Shown: positions 47,515 to 57,307 of the stretch, one piece after another
Numbering within the stretch: the stretch's first letter is position 1
Layout of the letters: each line of letters starts with the position of its first letter
Source of the DNA: Vicinamibacteria bacterium
GTDB lineage: Bacteria; Acidobacteriota; Vicinamibacteria; Marinacidobacterales; Marinacidobacteraceae
Assembly (NCBI GenBank): GCA_963555995.3
Contig: OY821641.1
Span: forward strand, 1,120,001-1,184,000
DNA length: 64,000 nt
Reading direction: 5' to 3'
The notes under the pieces: generated by a model
Told to the model about the DNA's origin: nothing
Seen by the model: the letters and a program-made list of their open reading frames with translations, nothing else
Databases searched by the model: none
Made by a program: the position numbers and the translations under genes

Positions 47515-48603
47515 ATGGACCTCGACGCGCTGCGCGCCGCCCTCGAAGCGGTGGACGGGGAAATCCTCGACGCCTGGGCGCGGCGGGACGCGATCACGAC
47601 CGCCATCGGCCGGCTGAAACAGTCCGCCGGGCAGGCGATCCACGATCCCGAACAGGAGGCGCGCGTCGTGGAGCGGGCCCGCGCCCAGGCCGCCAGGAGG
47701 GGCATCCCCGGAGACCTTGCCGCCGACCTCGTGGGTCTGCTCATGCACTCCGCGCTCGCCCGGCAGGAAGACGTCCGGGTGCGGGCGGAGGGGCGGGGGG
47801 CCGGCCGGCCCGCACTGGTCGTCGGGGGCGGCGGGAACATGGGCCGCTGGTTCTGCCGGTTCCTCACCGCCCAGGGCTACGAGGTCCGGGTGGCCGACCC
47901 CGCCGGAGGGCCGCCGGGCGTTGCCGCCGCCGCGGACTGGCGGGAGACCCCGGACGAGTTCGCGCTGACCGTGGTGGCGGCGCCGCTCCACATCAGCGCC
48001 GGCATGCTGGAGGGGATCGCCGCGGAGCGGCGGCGGGGCCTGATCTTCGATATCGGGTCGGTCAAGGCGCCGCTCGCGCCTGGACTTCGGGCGCTGGCCG
48101 AGAGCGGCTGCCGGGTCGCCTCGGTGCACCCCATGTTCGGGCCCGACGCCCACGTGCTCCACGGCTGCCACGTGCTGGTCATGGACGTGGGCCACCCTGA
48201 GGCCGCCGAGGAAGCGGCGGCCGTGTTCGGCGGCACGATGGCGGAGATCCTGCGAATGCCCCTGGCGGAGCACGATCCCCTGATCGCCTACGTGCTGGGG
48301 CTCTCCCACGCGCTCAACCTGGCCTTTCTGACCGCGCTTCAGGAGAGCGGAGAGCAGGCGCCCCGCCTCGCCCGCCTGTCGAGCGTGACGTTCGACCGGC
48401 AGTTGCGGGTGGCGGCGGCGGTGGCGCGGGAGAACCCGCACCTCTACTACGAGATCCAGCAGCGGAACCCGCACGGGCCGGCGGCCATCCATAGCCTTGC
48501 CGCCGCCGTTTCCCGCCTCGCGGCCGTGATCCACGACGACGACGAGGAGGCCTTCGTCCGGCTCATGCAGGCTGGCCGGCGCTACGTCTCGGGCCGCGGT
48601 TAG
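47515..48603 (+). CDS. tyrA: Chorismate mutase / prephenate dehydrogenase
   Basis: AroQ-like N-terminus (LDALRAALEAVD..IGRLK..DPEQE), GGGGNMG, DIGSVK, HPMFGP, EHD..LGLSH. Confidence 0.92.
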   Translation: MDLDALRAALEAVDGEILDAWARRDAITTAIGRLKQSAGQAIHDPEQEARVVERARAQAARRGIPGDLAADLVGLLMHSALARQEDVRVRAEGRGAGRPALVVGGGGNMGRWFCRFLTAQGYEVRVADPAGGPPGVAAAADWRETPDEFALTVVAAPLHISAGMLEGIAAERRRGLIFDIGSVKAPLAPGLRALAESGCRVASVHPMFGPDAHVLHGCHVLVMDVGHPEAAEEAAAVFGGTMAEILRMPLAEHDPLIAYVLGLSHALNLAFLTALQESGEQAPRLARLSSVTFDRQLRVAAAVARENPHLYYEIQQRNPHGPAAIHSLAAAVSRLAAVIHDDDEEAFVRLMQAGRRYVSGRG

Positions 48604-48685
48604 CCGTTTTTCCCTCCGCCTCAGAGCCTTGGTGGAGTCCGTGTGCGCGCCTTGAAGCTGGGTGGGTTCGCGCCGTGCGCGGCGC

Positions 48686-48722
48686 GGAGCGCCGCGGTGC
48701 CGGTCTGGAGACCGGCGTTCCC
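48686..48722. repeat. Single REP unit between convergent genes
   Basis: GGTGCCGGTCTGGAGACCGGCGTTCCC. Confidence 0.65.
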
Positions 48723-50146
48723 TACGACCTGCCGAGCAGGTCCCGGAGCGTGCTGATCGCGCGCACCGCCTCCGCCCCGGAGGCGAACGCTCGCGGCTGG
48801 AACGCGCCCGCGTCCGAGACCCGCAGCAGACCGAGTTGCGCCGCGACCGCGACCGCTTCCCGGTAACGGTGGTCGGGGGGCACGTCGCTCAGGTCGAGCC
48901 GCGCGGAGTCTTCCGCGGCGGCCCGGAGAGCCGCCGGGTCGAACTTCCCGAACACCGCCGCCAGTGATTCCGCGAGTTCGGCGCGGGTCACGAGGGCCTG
49001 CGGTTTGAAGGTGTGGTCGGGGAACAGGCGGAGATAGCCCGCGCCGACCGCCGTCTGGATCAGGCTCGCCGCCCAGCTCCGTTCGAGATCAATGGCGATC
49101 ACCGGGTCCGTGTTGCGGTCGTCGTCCGGTTCTCCGATCTCGGCCGCGAGCAGCGCGGCGAGCTGTTCGCGGGTGACGCGCTCCGCTTCCCGGATCGTGG
49201 CGTAACGCTCCGAGAGTCTCGCGACCTCGAGGCGGCGCTCCAGCCCGGCGGCCCGGTCCACGAGGTCCGCGAAGCCGTGCAGCGCGGGGTCCCGCAGGAT
49301 CCCGTCGAGACGCGTCAGGCTCTCGGTGAAGCGGCGCCCGTCGGCCAGCAACTCGGCGGCGGCCAACCCGGAGAGCAGCGCCTGGCGCCGGTTCGCCGCC
49401 GGGTTCGCGGCGACGGTCTCGAACCAATGGCGCGCGCTCGCCCGGTCTCCGGCGGCGAGGGCCGCCTCGGCCGCTTCGAGGAACAGGTCCGCCGAGTCGG
49501 GCATCGCTTCCAGCGCCGCCCGGTACGCCTCCGCGACCGACGGACCCGATTCGCCGGCGCGCGCCCGTTCCCGGGCGAGCGAGAGCCGGTTCTCCGCCAC
49601 CTCGAGCGCGAGTCCCGGCAACCGCTCCGACACCACGGAAGCGTCCGGATCGAGCTCCGACAGGCGCTTCAGTTTGGTGAAGAGCAGTTCCTGGTCCTCG
49701 ATGTCCAGAACCAGGAGCAGGTCCCCGAGCGACGCCAGGACGTCGTCGGGCGCCGCCGCGAGAGCCCGCTCGAAGAGTTCCCCGGCCCCCGGCCGGTCTC
49801 CGCTCCGGAGGGCGAGGAAGCCGGCCGCCGCGAGGACCCCGGGATCGCCGGAGGCGAGGGTCCGGAGCGGCGCGAGCCGCAGGTCGGCTTCGCCGAGGCG
49901 TCCCGCCACGATGAGCGCCCAGCTCTCCCCCAGATCCCGCGCCGCTCCCTCGGTCAGATCCGGGCCCGGAACCGGCGCCCGGTCCTCCACGTACGCCCAT
50001 TCGTCCAGGGGAACCAACGGGATCTCGGGTGGAGGCGTGCTGGCGCAGCCCGCGCCCAGGCACAGCGAGCCGATCCAGCGCGCGGCGCGACCGAGCGCCC
50101 GGCCCCCGGATTTGGCTACCCGCAACACGCCGCCGAGTCTATCCAT
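48722..50146 (-). CDS. Putative lipoprotein with TPR-like helices and SLH domains
   Basis: Lipobox LGAGC; SLH motifs FPDHTFKPQALVTRAE and LSDVPPDHRY..GLL..FQP. Confidence 0.8.
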   Translation of the reverse strand: MDRLGGVLRVAKSGGRALGRAARWIGSLCLGAGCASTPPPEIPLVPLDEWAYVEDRAPVPGPDLTEGAARDLGESWALIVAGRLGEADLRLAPLRTLASGDPGVLAAAGFLALRSGDRPGAGELFERALAAAPDDVLASLGDLLLVLDIEDQELLFTKLKRLSELDPDASVVSERLPGLALEVAENRLSLARERARAGESGPSVAEAYRAALEAMPDSADLFLEAAEAALAAGDRASARHWFETVAANPAANRRQALLSGLAAAELLADGRRFTESLTRLDGILRDPALHGFADLVDRAAGLERRLEVARLSERYATIREAERVTREQLAALLAAEIGEPDDDRNTDPVIAIDLERSWAASLIQTAVGAGYLRLFPDHTFKPQALVTRAELAESLAAVFGKFDPAALRAAAEDSARLDLSDVPPDHRYREAVAVAAQLGLLRVSDAGAFQPRAFASGAEAVRAISTLRDLLGRS

Positions 50147-50205
50147 CCGGTGGCTCGGCGGGCACCCCCGAGCGGCGCTCTCGGGGACAAAACTAGAATG
50201 CGCCG

Positions 50206-51096
50206 ATGCGCTTCCTCCTCCTTTCCCTCGTTCTCCTCGTCGGGGCTCCGGCCCCGGCCGCCGCCCAGGCGCAGGATGCCGAACGGCGCATCCTCGAACA
50301 CGTCCGGGACACGCTGCAACCCGGCGAGCGGCTGCTGCTGTCGGCGCTCGTGGAGCGGTTCCAGGCCCCCGACGAACAGCGGGCGCTCGGGCGGCTCAAC
50401 GACGTCTTCTTCCGCACCCCGCTCTTCATCCTCGAGTTCGAGGGCCGCGAGGGACGGCTGCCGACCCTGTCGGAGATCTCGGGGCAGTTCTCGCTCTACG
50501 GCGAGGAGGCGGCCGACATCGTGCTGCGGATCATGGAATCCGACCCGCGGGTCCCCAGGTTCCTGGTCCGCGACGATGACGGGAACCTGGTGTCCATCAA
50601 CGAGGAGATGATCCGCGCCGACGAGCGGTTCGCGGTCGCCGTGGACCGGAGCCTCACCGGCTGGGAGGGCCGCACGCTTCCGGAGGTCGCCGGAGAGCGG
50701 CTTCTCGGCGGGGACGCGGCGCTCGCCGACCTGATGGACGACGCGACCCTCGTCTACGTGTGGTTCACGAACTGCCCGCCCTGCGTCCAGATCGCGCCGG
50801 TGCTGCAGGCGCTCCACCAGGACCTCGGCGACCAGGGGCTCACCATCGTCGGCCTGAACGCCGACCGGGTCCTGAAGTTGCCCTATACCGACGACGACCG
50901 CGCCGCGCACCAGGAGAAAGGCGGGGTGACCTTCGAGAACCTCCACCTCACCGAAGAGGATCGGGCGGAGCTCGGGAACGTCAACATCTTCCCGACCCTG
51001 TTCCTCGCGGGACGCGACGGGACCATCGTCCGCCACTTCGTGAACTTCCAGGAGCGGGAGACGCTCGAGCCCGCCATCCGCGAACTGCTGCCGTAG
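50206..51096 (+). CDS. Exported TlpA/ResA-like thiol-disulfide oxidoreductase
   Basis: Signal peptide; WFTNCPPC, IVGLNAD, IFPTLFL..RDG. Confidence 0.88.
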   Translation: MRFLLLSLVLLVGAPAPAAAQAQDAERRILEHVRDTLQPGERLLLSALVERFQAPDEQRALGRLNDVFFRTPLFILEFEGREGRLPTLSEISGQFSLYGEEAADIVLRIMESDPRVPRFLVRDDDGNLVSINEEMIRADERFAVAVDRSLTGWEGRTLPEVAGERLLGGDAALADLMDDATLVYVWFTNCPPCVQIAPVLQALHQDLGDQGLTIVGLNADRVLKLPYTDDDRAAHQEKGGVTFENLHLTEEDRAELGNVNIFPTLFLAGRDGTIVRHFVNFQERETLEPAIRELLP

Positions 51097-51118
51097 GGGG
51101 CTGGCCACCTGGCGCCAC

Positions 51119-51312
51119 GGGCTGGGAGCGCCGGTCTTCAGACCGGCACGCGCCGCGCGATAGCGCGGCGCACGGCACGACGCCGAGCGGCGTGGTGGCG
51201 CTCTCCTCTCGATTCATCATCACACACAGCGACACGACATCCGCGGGCCTTCGGCCCGCTGTGCCGCTCTGAAGAGCGGCGCTCCCAGCCGTTCCCGTTG
51301 TTCTCATGCCGG
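51119..51312. repeat. REPIN-like element (family 1)
   Basis: GGGAGCGCCGGTCTTCAGACCGGCAC ... GTGCCGCTCTGAAGAGCGGCGCTCCC. Confidence 0.85.
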
Positions 51313-51379
51313 CGGAGTGACCCGGAAAACCCGATTACGGTTTGGTACCGGTGCTCACGAACAAGAAGCGATCAGTGAT

Positions 51380-51409
51380 CTTGACAAGAAATCACTCATA
51401 TCTTATACT
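51380..51409 (+). promoter_or_regulatory. sigma70 promoter of the dnaK operon overlapped by a HAIR-like HspR operator
   Basis: TTGACA-N17-TATACT; CTTGACA-N7-ACTCATA resembles HAIR (CTTGAGT-N7-ACTCAAG); hspR lies in the same cluster. Confidence 0.75.
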
Positions 51410-51471
51410 TTGGGCTGGCTAAGGGAAAAGCCATTCTGGTCCGCTTGGCCTGTCTGTCGAGGAGAGATGTC

Positions 51472-51624
51472 ATGACAGTCACCGCCGTGTTGAGCGCAAA
51501 GGAAATCGCCGCCATCGGTGCAATCGTCATCGTTGGCATGGTGGCCCTTGTCGGGATCGGGCGGGCCACCCAATCCAACCCAACAGGAGATCTGAAGCAG
51601 AATGAGCAAGATCATCGGTATTGA
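51472..51624 (+). CDS. Putative 50-aa single-TM protein upstream of and overlapping dnaK
   Basis: GAGGAG SD then [50 protein letters not shown]; below the ORF-track cutoff. Confidence 0.5.
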   Translation: MTVTAVLSAKEIAAIGAIVIVGMVALVGIGRATQSNPTGDLKQNEQDHRY

Positions 51625-53533
51625 TCTGGGGACGACCAACTCGGTGGTCGCCGTGATGGAGGGCGGACAGCCCACCATCATCCCGAACGCCGAGGGCGGC
51701 CGCACGACCGCGTCGGTCGTCGGCGTTTCGAAGTCCGGCGAGCGCCTGGTCGGCGAGGTCGCGAAGCGGCAGGCGATCACCAACGCCGCGAACACGGTGT
51801 TCTCCATCAAGCGGTTCATGGGCCGCCGCTACGACGAGGCCGCCGACGAGCGGGAGTCCGCCCCGTACCAGGTCCTCCGGAAGGACGACGGCGGCATCGA
51901 GGCGCTGCTCGGCGACAACAAGTACACGCCGCCACAGATCTCGGCGATGGTGCTCCAGAAGATGAAGGCCTCGGCCGAGGCCCACCTCGGCGGGAGCGTC
52001 GAGCGGGCGGTCATCACCGTCCCCGCCTATTTCAACGACTCGCAGCGTCAGGCCACCAAGGACGCCGGCGAGATCGCCGGACTGGAGGTGGTGCGGATCG
52101 TCAACGAGCCGACCGCCGCCGCGCTCGCCTACGGGCTCGACAAGCAGAAGAGCGAGAAGATCGCGGTCTACGACTTCGGCGGCGGGACCTTCGACATCTC
52201 GATCCTCGAGGTCGGCGAGGGGGTGGTCGAGGTCCGTTCCACGAACGGAGACACCTATCTCGGCGGCGACGATCTCGACAAGCGGGTGATGGACTGGATC
52301 GTCGCCGAGTTCCGGAAGTCCGACGGGATTGACCTGTCGAAAGACCGGATGGCGCTGCAGCGTCTCAAGGACGCCGCCGAAAAGGCCAAGATCGAGCTCT
52401 CGACCACCCACGAGACCGAGATCAACCTCCCCTTCATCACCGCCGACGCCTCCGGGCCGAAACACCTGGCGCTCACCCTGTCGCGGGCGCGGCTCGACGC
52501 GCTGATCGGAGACCTGCTCGAACGCACCCGCAAGCCCTGCCTCCAGGCGCTGGAGGACGCCGGGCTCGCGGAAGGCGGCATTGACGAGGTCGTGCTGGTG
52601 GGCGGCTCGACCCGGATCCCCCGGGTCCAGGAACTCGCCAAGGAGATCTTCGGGGCGGAACCGCACCAGGGCGTGAACCCGGACGAAGTGGTCGCGCTCG
52701 GCGCCGCGATCCAGGCCGGCGTGCTCGGCGGCGACGTCAAGGACCTGCTGCTGCTGGACGTGACGCCGCTGTCCCTCGGGATCGAGACGCTGGGCGGGGT
52801 CTTCACCTCGCTCATCAAGCGCAACACCACGATTCCGCACCGGGCGAGCGACGTCTTCTCCACCGCGAGCGACAACCAGACGCAGGTCGAGGTGCACGTC
52901 CTCCAGGGCGAGCGCTCCATGGCCGCCGACAACCGCACCCTCGGGAAGTTCAACCTGGTCGGCATCCCGCCGGCCCCCCGCGGGGTGCCGCAGATCGAGG
53001 TGGCCTTCGACATTGATGCGAACGGCATCGTCAACGTCTCGGCGAAGGACCGGGCCACCGGCCGCGAACAGGCGATCACCATCACCGCCTCGAGCGGGCT
53101 CTCGAAGGACGAGATCGAGACCATGAAGGCGGAGGCCGCCTCCAACGAGGAGGCCGACAAGACGCGGAAGGAAGAGGTCGAGTTCCGCAACGAGACGGAT
53201 TCCCTCGCGCACCAGGTCGAGAAGACCCTGAACGAGAACCGCGACAAGATCGAGAGTTCGGACGCCGAGGAGATCGAAAAGGCGCTGGCGACGGTGCGCG
53301 CCGCGCTCGCCGACGGCGACATGGAACGGATCCGGGCGGGGCGTTCCGAAGTGGAGAAGGCGAGCCACCGGCTGGCGGAGGTCATGTACAAGAAGACCTC
53401 CGAGACCGACGGCGCCGCCGGGGCCCAGGATCCGGCCGCCCCGCCGCCCCCTCCGCCGCCGGGCGGAGGCAAGCGCAAGGGCAACGGCGCGGCGGACGAC
53501 ATCATTGACGCGGAGGTCGTGGGCGACAACTGA
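51602..53533 (+). CDS. dnaK: Chaperone DnaK
   Basis: [42 protein letters not shown]. Confidence 0.99.
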   Translation: MSKIIGIDLGTTNSVVAVMEGGQPTIIPNAEGGRTTASVVGVSKSGERLVGEVAKRQAITNAANTVFSIKRFMGRRYDEAADERESAPYQVLRKDDGGIEALLGDNKYTPPQISAMVLQKMKASAEAHLGGSVERAVITVPAYFNDSQRQATKDAGEIAGLEVVRIVNEPTAAALAYGLDKQKSEKIAVYDFGGGTFDISILEVGEGVVEVRSTNGDTYLGGDDLDKRVMDWIVAEFRKSDGIDLSKDRMALQRLKDAAEKAKIELSTTHETEINLPFITADASGPKHLALTLSRARLDALIGDLLERTRKPCLQALEDAGLAEGGIDEVVLVGGSTRIPRVQELAKEIFGAEPHQGVNPDEVVALGAAIQAGVLGGDVKDLLLLDVTPLSLGIETLGGVFTSLIKRNTTIPHRASDVFSTASDNQTQVEVHVLQGERSMAADNRTLGKFNLVGIPPAPRGVPQIEVAFDIDANGIVNVSAKDRATGREQAITITASSGLSKDEIETMKAEAASNEEADKTRKEEVEFRNETDSLAHQVEKTLNENRDKIESSDAEEIEKALATVRAALADGDMERIRAGRSEVEKASHRLAEVMYKKTSETDGAAGAQDPAAPPPPPPPGGGKRKGNGAADDIIDAEVVGDN

Positions 53534-53565
53534 CGCGATCGCCAACGCCTGCCTCCCGGCGCGAA

Positions 53566-54687
53566 ATGCCCCCGCCCGCCGATTACTACGCGGTCCTGGG
53601 GGTCGGGCGCGACGCGGACGTCCCGCGCATCCGGCAGGCGTACCGGCGGCTCGCCCGGCGCCTCCACCCCGACCTGAACCCCAACGACCGCGTCGTCGAG
53701 GAGCGGTTCCGGCAGATCCAGCGGGCCTTCGAGATCCTGGGTGATCCCGACCGCCGCGCCGAGTACGACCGGCACGGCGGGGCGGAGCCGGCCCCCGCGC
53801 GGGTCCAGCGGGTGCACTACGGGTTCGCCGGGTTCGACTTCGGCGAGGCGCCCGCGAAGGAGGAGTGGGCGCTCCACGAGATCTTCGGCGGATCCGAGGG
53901 TTCCGAGTCCGGATCCGCCGAGGCCGATCCCGACATCCACGCCCGCGAACGGATCTCCTTCGTCGAGTCGCTGGAGGGCAAACAGGTCCGGCTGCGCGTG
54001 AACCGCCGGGAGATCTGCGGCCCCTGCGGGGGACGGGGAGAACGCCCGGTCGGGGAAACGGCGCCCCAGGGAATCGAGTGCACCGCCTGCGGCGGCGCCG
54101 GCCGCCGGCTCCGGCGCTACGGGCACATGGTGTTCGCCCGTCCGTGCCGGCGCTGCGGCGGGCAGGGGACGCTGTTCCACACCGCCTGTTCCTCCTGCGG
54201 GGGGCGCGGCAACCGGGTCCGGTCGGTCCGGGTGGTCGCGCGGGTGCCCGCCGGGGTCTCCGACGGAGCGACGGTGGTCGTGGACGGTCAGGGGCACGAG
54301 CGGCTCCCGGGCGAGCCGGTCGGAAACCTCCGGCTGCACGTCGAGGTCGCTCCCCATCCGGTCCTCGAGCGCCGGGGCGACAACCTCGTCTGTCCCCTGC
54401 CGCTGACGCTCGCGGAAGCCACGCTCGGGGGACGCGTCGAGGTTCCCACGCTTGCCGGGAACGTCGCGGTGCGGCTGCCGCCCGGAGTCCAGCCGGGCAC
54501 CCGGCTGCGGCTCGCCGGGCGCGGCGTCCCCTCGATCCGCGGGGACGGCCGCGGCGACCTCTTCCTCGAGGTACGGATCCACATCCCGGAGATCCGGGAC
54601 GACCGGTCGCGGGACCTGGTCCGCGAGCTGGAGGAGCGTTACCCGGAGTCGCCTCGCGACGCCCTCCGTGAGAAGCTTCGCCAATAG
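53566..54687 (+). CDS. dnaJ: Chaperone DnaJ
   Basis: J domain with HPD, four CxxCxGxG repeats, C-terminal domain. Confidence 0.94.
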   Translation: MPPPADYYAVLGVGRDADVPRIRQAYRRLARRLHPDLNPNDRVVEERFRQIQRAFEILGDPDRRAEYDRHGGAEPAPARVQRVHYGFAGFDFGEAPAKEEWALHEIFGGSEGSESGSAEADPDIHARERISFVESLEGKQVRLRVNRREICGPCGGRGERPVGETAPQGIECTACGGAGRRLRRYGHMVFARPCRRCGGQGTLFHTACSSCGGRGNRVRSVRVVARVPAGVSDGATVVVDGQGHERLPGEPVGNLRLHVEVAPHPVLERRGDNLVCPLPLTLAEATLGGRVEVPTLAGNVAVRLPPGVQPGTRLRLAGRGVPSIRGDGRGDLFLEVRIHIPEIRDDRSRDLVRELEERYPESPRDALREKLRQ

Positions 54688-55180
54688 CAGCCCGTGGAAA
54701 AAGCACCCCGCACCGTTTCCGAAGGGATCGGCGCACCGACTCTGTCACTGTTCGCGGGTGCGGGGTGCTTTCCCCACGGGTTGATGGCGCGCGGCGCTGC
54801 GCGCTGCGCGCCATCGTTTTTCGTGGGGAGGGGAAACCCCTCCCCACACCTCTCCCCCGCGGCGCTGCGCGCCGCGAAGGGGCGGTGGCAGACTTTCTCC
54901 ACCCAGCAGCCTGTGGACAAAGTCACGCGGCATTCCCGAGCCAAGAGGGATAGGAGCCGGGTGAACCCGTCCCCTGTCCCTCTCGCTCCGGGGTCTGCGC
55001 GGGGCTCACGCCCCGCTAACGACGCGAACGCCGATGCATCCCGCCCGAACCGCGCCTCTACGAGGCGCTCTGCGTTGCGTTTCGGTCGGAATACACTCGG
55101 TATTCCTCTCTCACGCGCCTTGTCAGCCGGGCGCCTCGACGTTCTCGGTGCTCACGTCACTGTATCCACAGGCTGCTAGC
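54685..55180. mobile_element. Nested/tandem MITE-like elements (family 2)
   Basis: CAGCCCGTGGAAAAAGCACCCCGCACC..GGTGCGGGGTGCTTTCCCCACGGGTTG arms, then CAGCCTGTGGACAAAGT..ACTGTATCCACAGGCTG with a GGAATACACTCGGTATTCC hairpin; flanked by TAG / CTAG. Confidence 0.75.
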
Positions 55181-55194
55181 AGCCGGTCCCGACA

Positions 55195-55632
55195 ATGAGC
55201 GCCGAGCGCCGGAAGGGCGTCTACATGATCAGCGCGGTGGCCGAGCTGTTCGGCATCCACCCGCAGACGTTGCGGCTCTATGAGCGCGAGGGCCTGCTCC
55301 GGCCGTCGCGCACCGAAGGGAATACCCGCGTCTATACCGACGAGGACCTCGAACAGTTGCAGACCATCCTCAACCTCCGGGAACTCGGGGTGAATCTCGC
55401 CGGCGTGGACATCATCCTGAACATGCGCGCGAAGATGCAGCGGATGCAGGAGGAGATCACCCAGTTCACCGATTTCGTGCACCGGGAGCTGTCGCGGGAG
55501 GACAACGCGTTGAGCGAGCGCGCCAGGAACGCGCTGGTCCGGCTGCCGCGGAAGGACATCGTCCCCGCCGGTCCGGGTGCGGACGCGGGACCGGCGGGCG
55601 ACGCGGCGCCGTCCCGTCCCCGAAGTTCGTAG
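55195..55632 (+). CDS. hspR: HspR-like MerR-family heat-shock repressor
   Basis: YMISAVAELFGIHPQTLRLYEREGLLRPSRTEGNTRVY..LGVNLAGV; follows dnaK-dnaJ. Confidence 0.9.
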   Translation: MSAERRKGVYMISAVAELFGIHPQTLRLYEREGLLRPSRTEGNTRVYTDEDLEQLQTILNLRELGVNLAGVDIILNMRAKMQRMQEEITQFTDFVHRELSREDNALSERARNALVRLPRKDIVPAGPGADAGPAGDAAPSRPRSS

Positions 55633-55651
55633 GAAACGGTTCTTGCCGGCA

Positions 55652-56368
55652 GTGCAGACCTGTCCCGACTGCGGTGACACGGGGTGGAAGGCGACCGCCC
55701 GGCCGGACGGGTCGCCCGCGGTGGCGGCCTGCGGGTGCCGGGACGCGGCGCAGGCTCCGGTCCGTCTCGAGGACATCGGGGTCCCGCCCCGTTTTTCCGA
55801 GCGGGCGCGGTTCGACTACTTCTTCAAGGTGTCTCCCGCCCTCGAGCGTGCCCGGCAGACCGTTTACAAGTGGGCCGACGCGTATCCGGACGTCAAGTCG
55901 GGACTGCTGCTCACCGGGCCGGCCGGAGTGGGCAAGACCCACCTCGCCGTATCCCTGCTCCGCCACATCCTCCTCGAGCGGGGATTCCCGGTCCGCGCGC
56001 GCTTCGAATACGTGCCGCGGCTGCTGCGGGACGTGCAGCGGGTGTGGAACGACCCCCTGCTGATTGACGAACGCCGGTTGGCGGACGTCACGCGCGCCGA
56101 GATCGTGGTCCTCGACCAGCTCGGGGCGGACACCGGCTGGGACAAGCGGGTGCAGGAGCGGCTCCTCTACATCCTGAACCGGTGCCTCCTTGGCGAGTGC
56201 GTCCTGATCTGCACCACGACGTTCCCGTTGCAGGCGGCCGAGCAGGCGACCCTCGCCGACCAGATCACGGCGCGCGGGGTGTCGCTGCTGCACGAGGCCT
56301 GCCGGGTGATTCCCATGCCGGGCGAGGACTATCGCGATAAGGTCATCAATCCCGGGCTGAGCGTCTAG
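55652..56368 (+). CDS. DnaC/IstB-like AAA+ ATPase with N-terminal Zn-binding motif
   Basis: CPDC..CGC, GLLLTGPAGVGKTHLA, VVLDQLG, ILNR, GEDYR. Confidence 0.85.
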   Translation: MQTCPDCGDTGWKATARPDGSPAVAACGCRDAAQAPVRLEDIGVPPRFSERARFDYFFKVSPALERARQTVYKWADAYPDVKSGLLLTGPAGVGKTHLAVSLLRHILLERGFPVRARFEYVPRLLRDVQRVWNDPLLIDERRLADVTRAEIVVLDQLGADTGWDKRVQERLLYILNRCLLGECVLICTTTFPLQAAEQATLADQITARGVSLLHEACRVIPMPGEDYRDKVINPGLSV

Positions 56369-56402
56369 CCGCCCGATGCACCATCGAAGGAGATTTCAGG
56401 TC

Positions 56403-57236
56403 ATGCGCACCCTTCTCACCGCACTCATCCTTTCCGTCGGGATGCCGGTTCTGGGACTCGCCCAGAGCCCGGACCCCGACAAACCGCGTCCGATCCCGAT
56501 CCGGGACAGCGTCTTCATTGAGGACCTCACCTGGATGGAAGTGCGCGACCTGATCGCGGACGGCAGGAACACCGCGATCGTGGCGAGCGGCGGCGTCGAG
56601 CAGAACGGTCCCTACCTGGTCACCGGCAAGCACAACGTGCTGCTCCGGGGTGTGACCGAGGCGATCGCCCGAGATCTCGGGAACGCGCTGGTGGCCCCGA
56701 TTCTCAAGCTGGTGCCCGAGGGCGACTTCGATCCGCCCACGGGCCATATGCGCTATCCGGGGACGGTGGGGCTCAGCGAGGAGACGTTCCGGGCGGTGCT
56801 CCGGGACGTGGCCTCGAGCCTCCGGGCCAGCGGCTTCGACCACATCATCTTCCTCGGTGACAGCGGCGGCAACCAGGCCGGAATGCAGGCGGTGGCCGAG
56901 GAGATGCACGCCAAGTGGAACGGATCTCCCGGCGTTCACTTCATTCCCGAGTTCTACGACGTGATGGGTCTCCGGACCTGGCTCGCCGACAACGGCATCA
57001 ACGAGGAGCCGGAGGGCATCCACGACGAGTTCGCGATGGCGGCGATGATGGCGGCGGTGGACCCGAACTCCATCCGCCCGTCGGAGCGGCGCCAGGCCGG
57101 CCTCTTCCGGATCAACGGCGTGGATCTCGATCCGCTGGACGAGACCGTCGCCTGGGGCCTTCGTCTCTTCCGGCACCGCTCCGAGGTGACGGTCAAGGCC
57201 ATCAAGGCCGCCATCGCGTCCCACTCCACGAACTAG
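56403..57236 (+). CDS. Creatininase-family amidohydrolase with signal peptide
   Basis: EDLTWMEV, GGVEQNGP, PGT, DSGGN, HD. Confidence 0.88.
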   Translation: MRTLLTALILSVGMPVLGLAQSPDPDKPRPIPIRDSVFIEDLTWMEVRDLIADGRNTAIVASGGVEQNGPYLVTGKHNVLLRGVTEAIARDLGNALVAPILKLVPEGDFDPPTGHMRYPGTVGLSEETFRAVLRDVASSLRASGFDHIIFLGDSGGNQAGMQAVAEEMHAKWNGSPGVHFIPEFYDVMGLRTWLADNGINEEPEGIHDEFAMAAMMAAVDPNSIRPSERRQAGLFRINGVDLDPLDETVAWGLRLFRHRSEVTVKAIKAAIASHSTN

Positions 57237-57307
57237 GCGGCCCCGGCTCGGAGCGCCGGCCCTGCCGGCGCCCGCCGCGCGAGAGCGCAGCGGGACCGCG
57301 CCACGCA

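Noticed and set aside
51396-51578. 60-aa minus-strand ORF upstream of dnaK
   Set aside because: Antisense to the promoter-driven plus-strand small ORF, which has the better SD and a TM segment
55652-56368. IS21 element
   Set aside because: No istA transposase or IS21 terminal repeats adjacent
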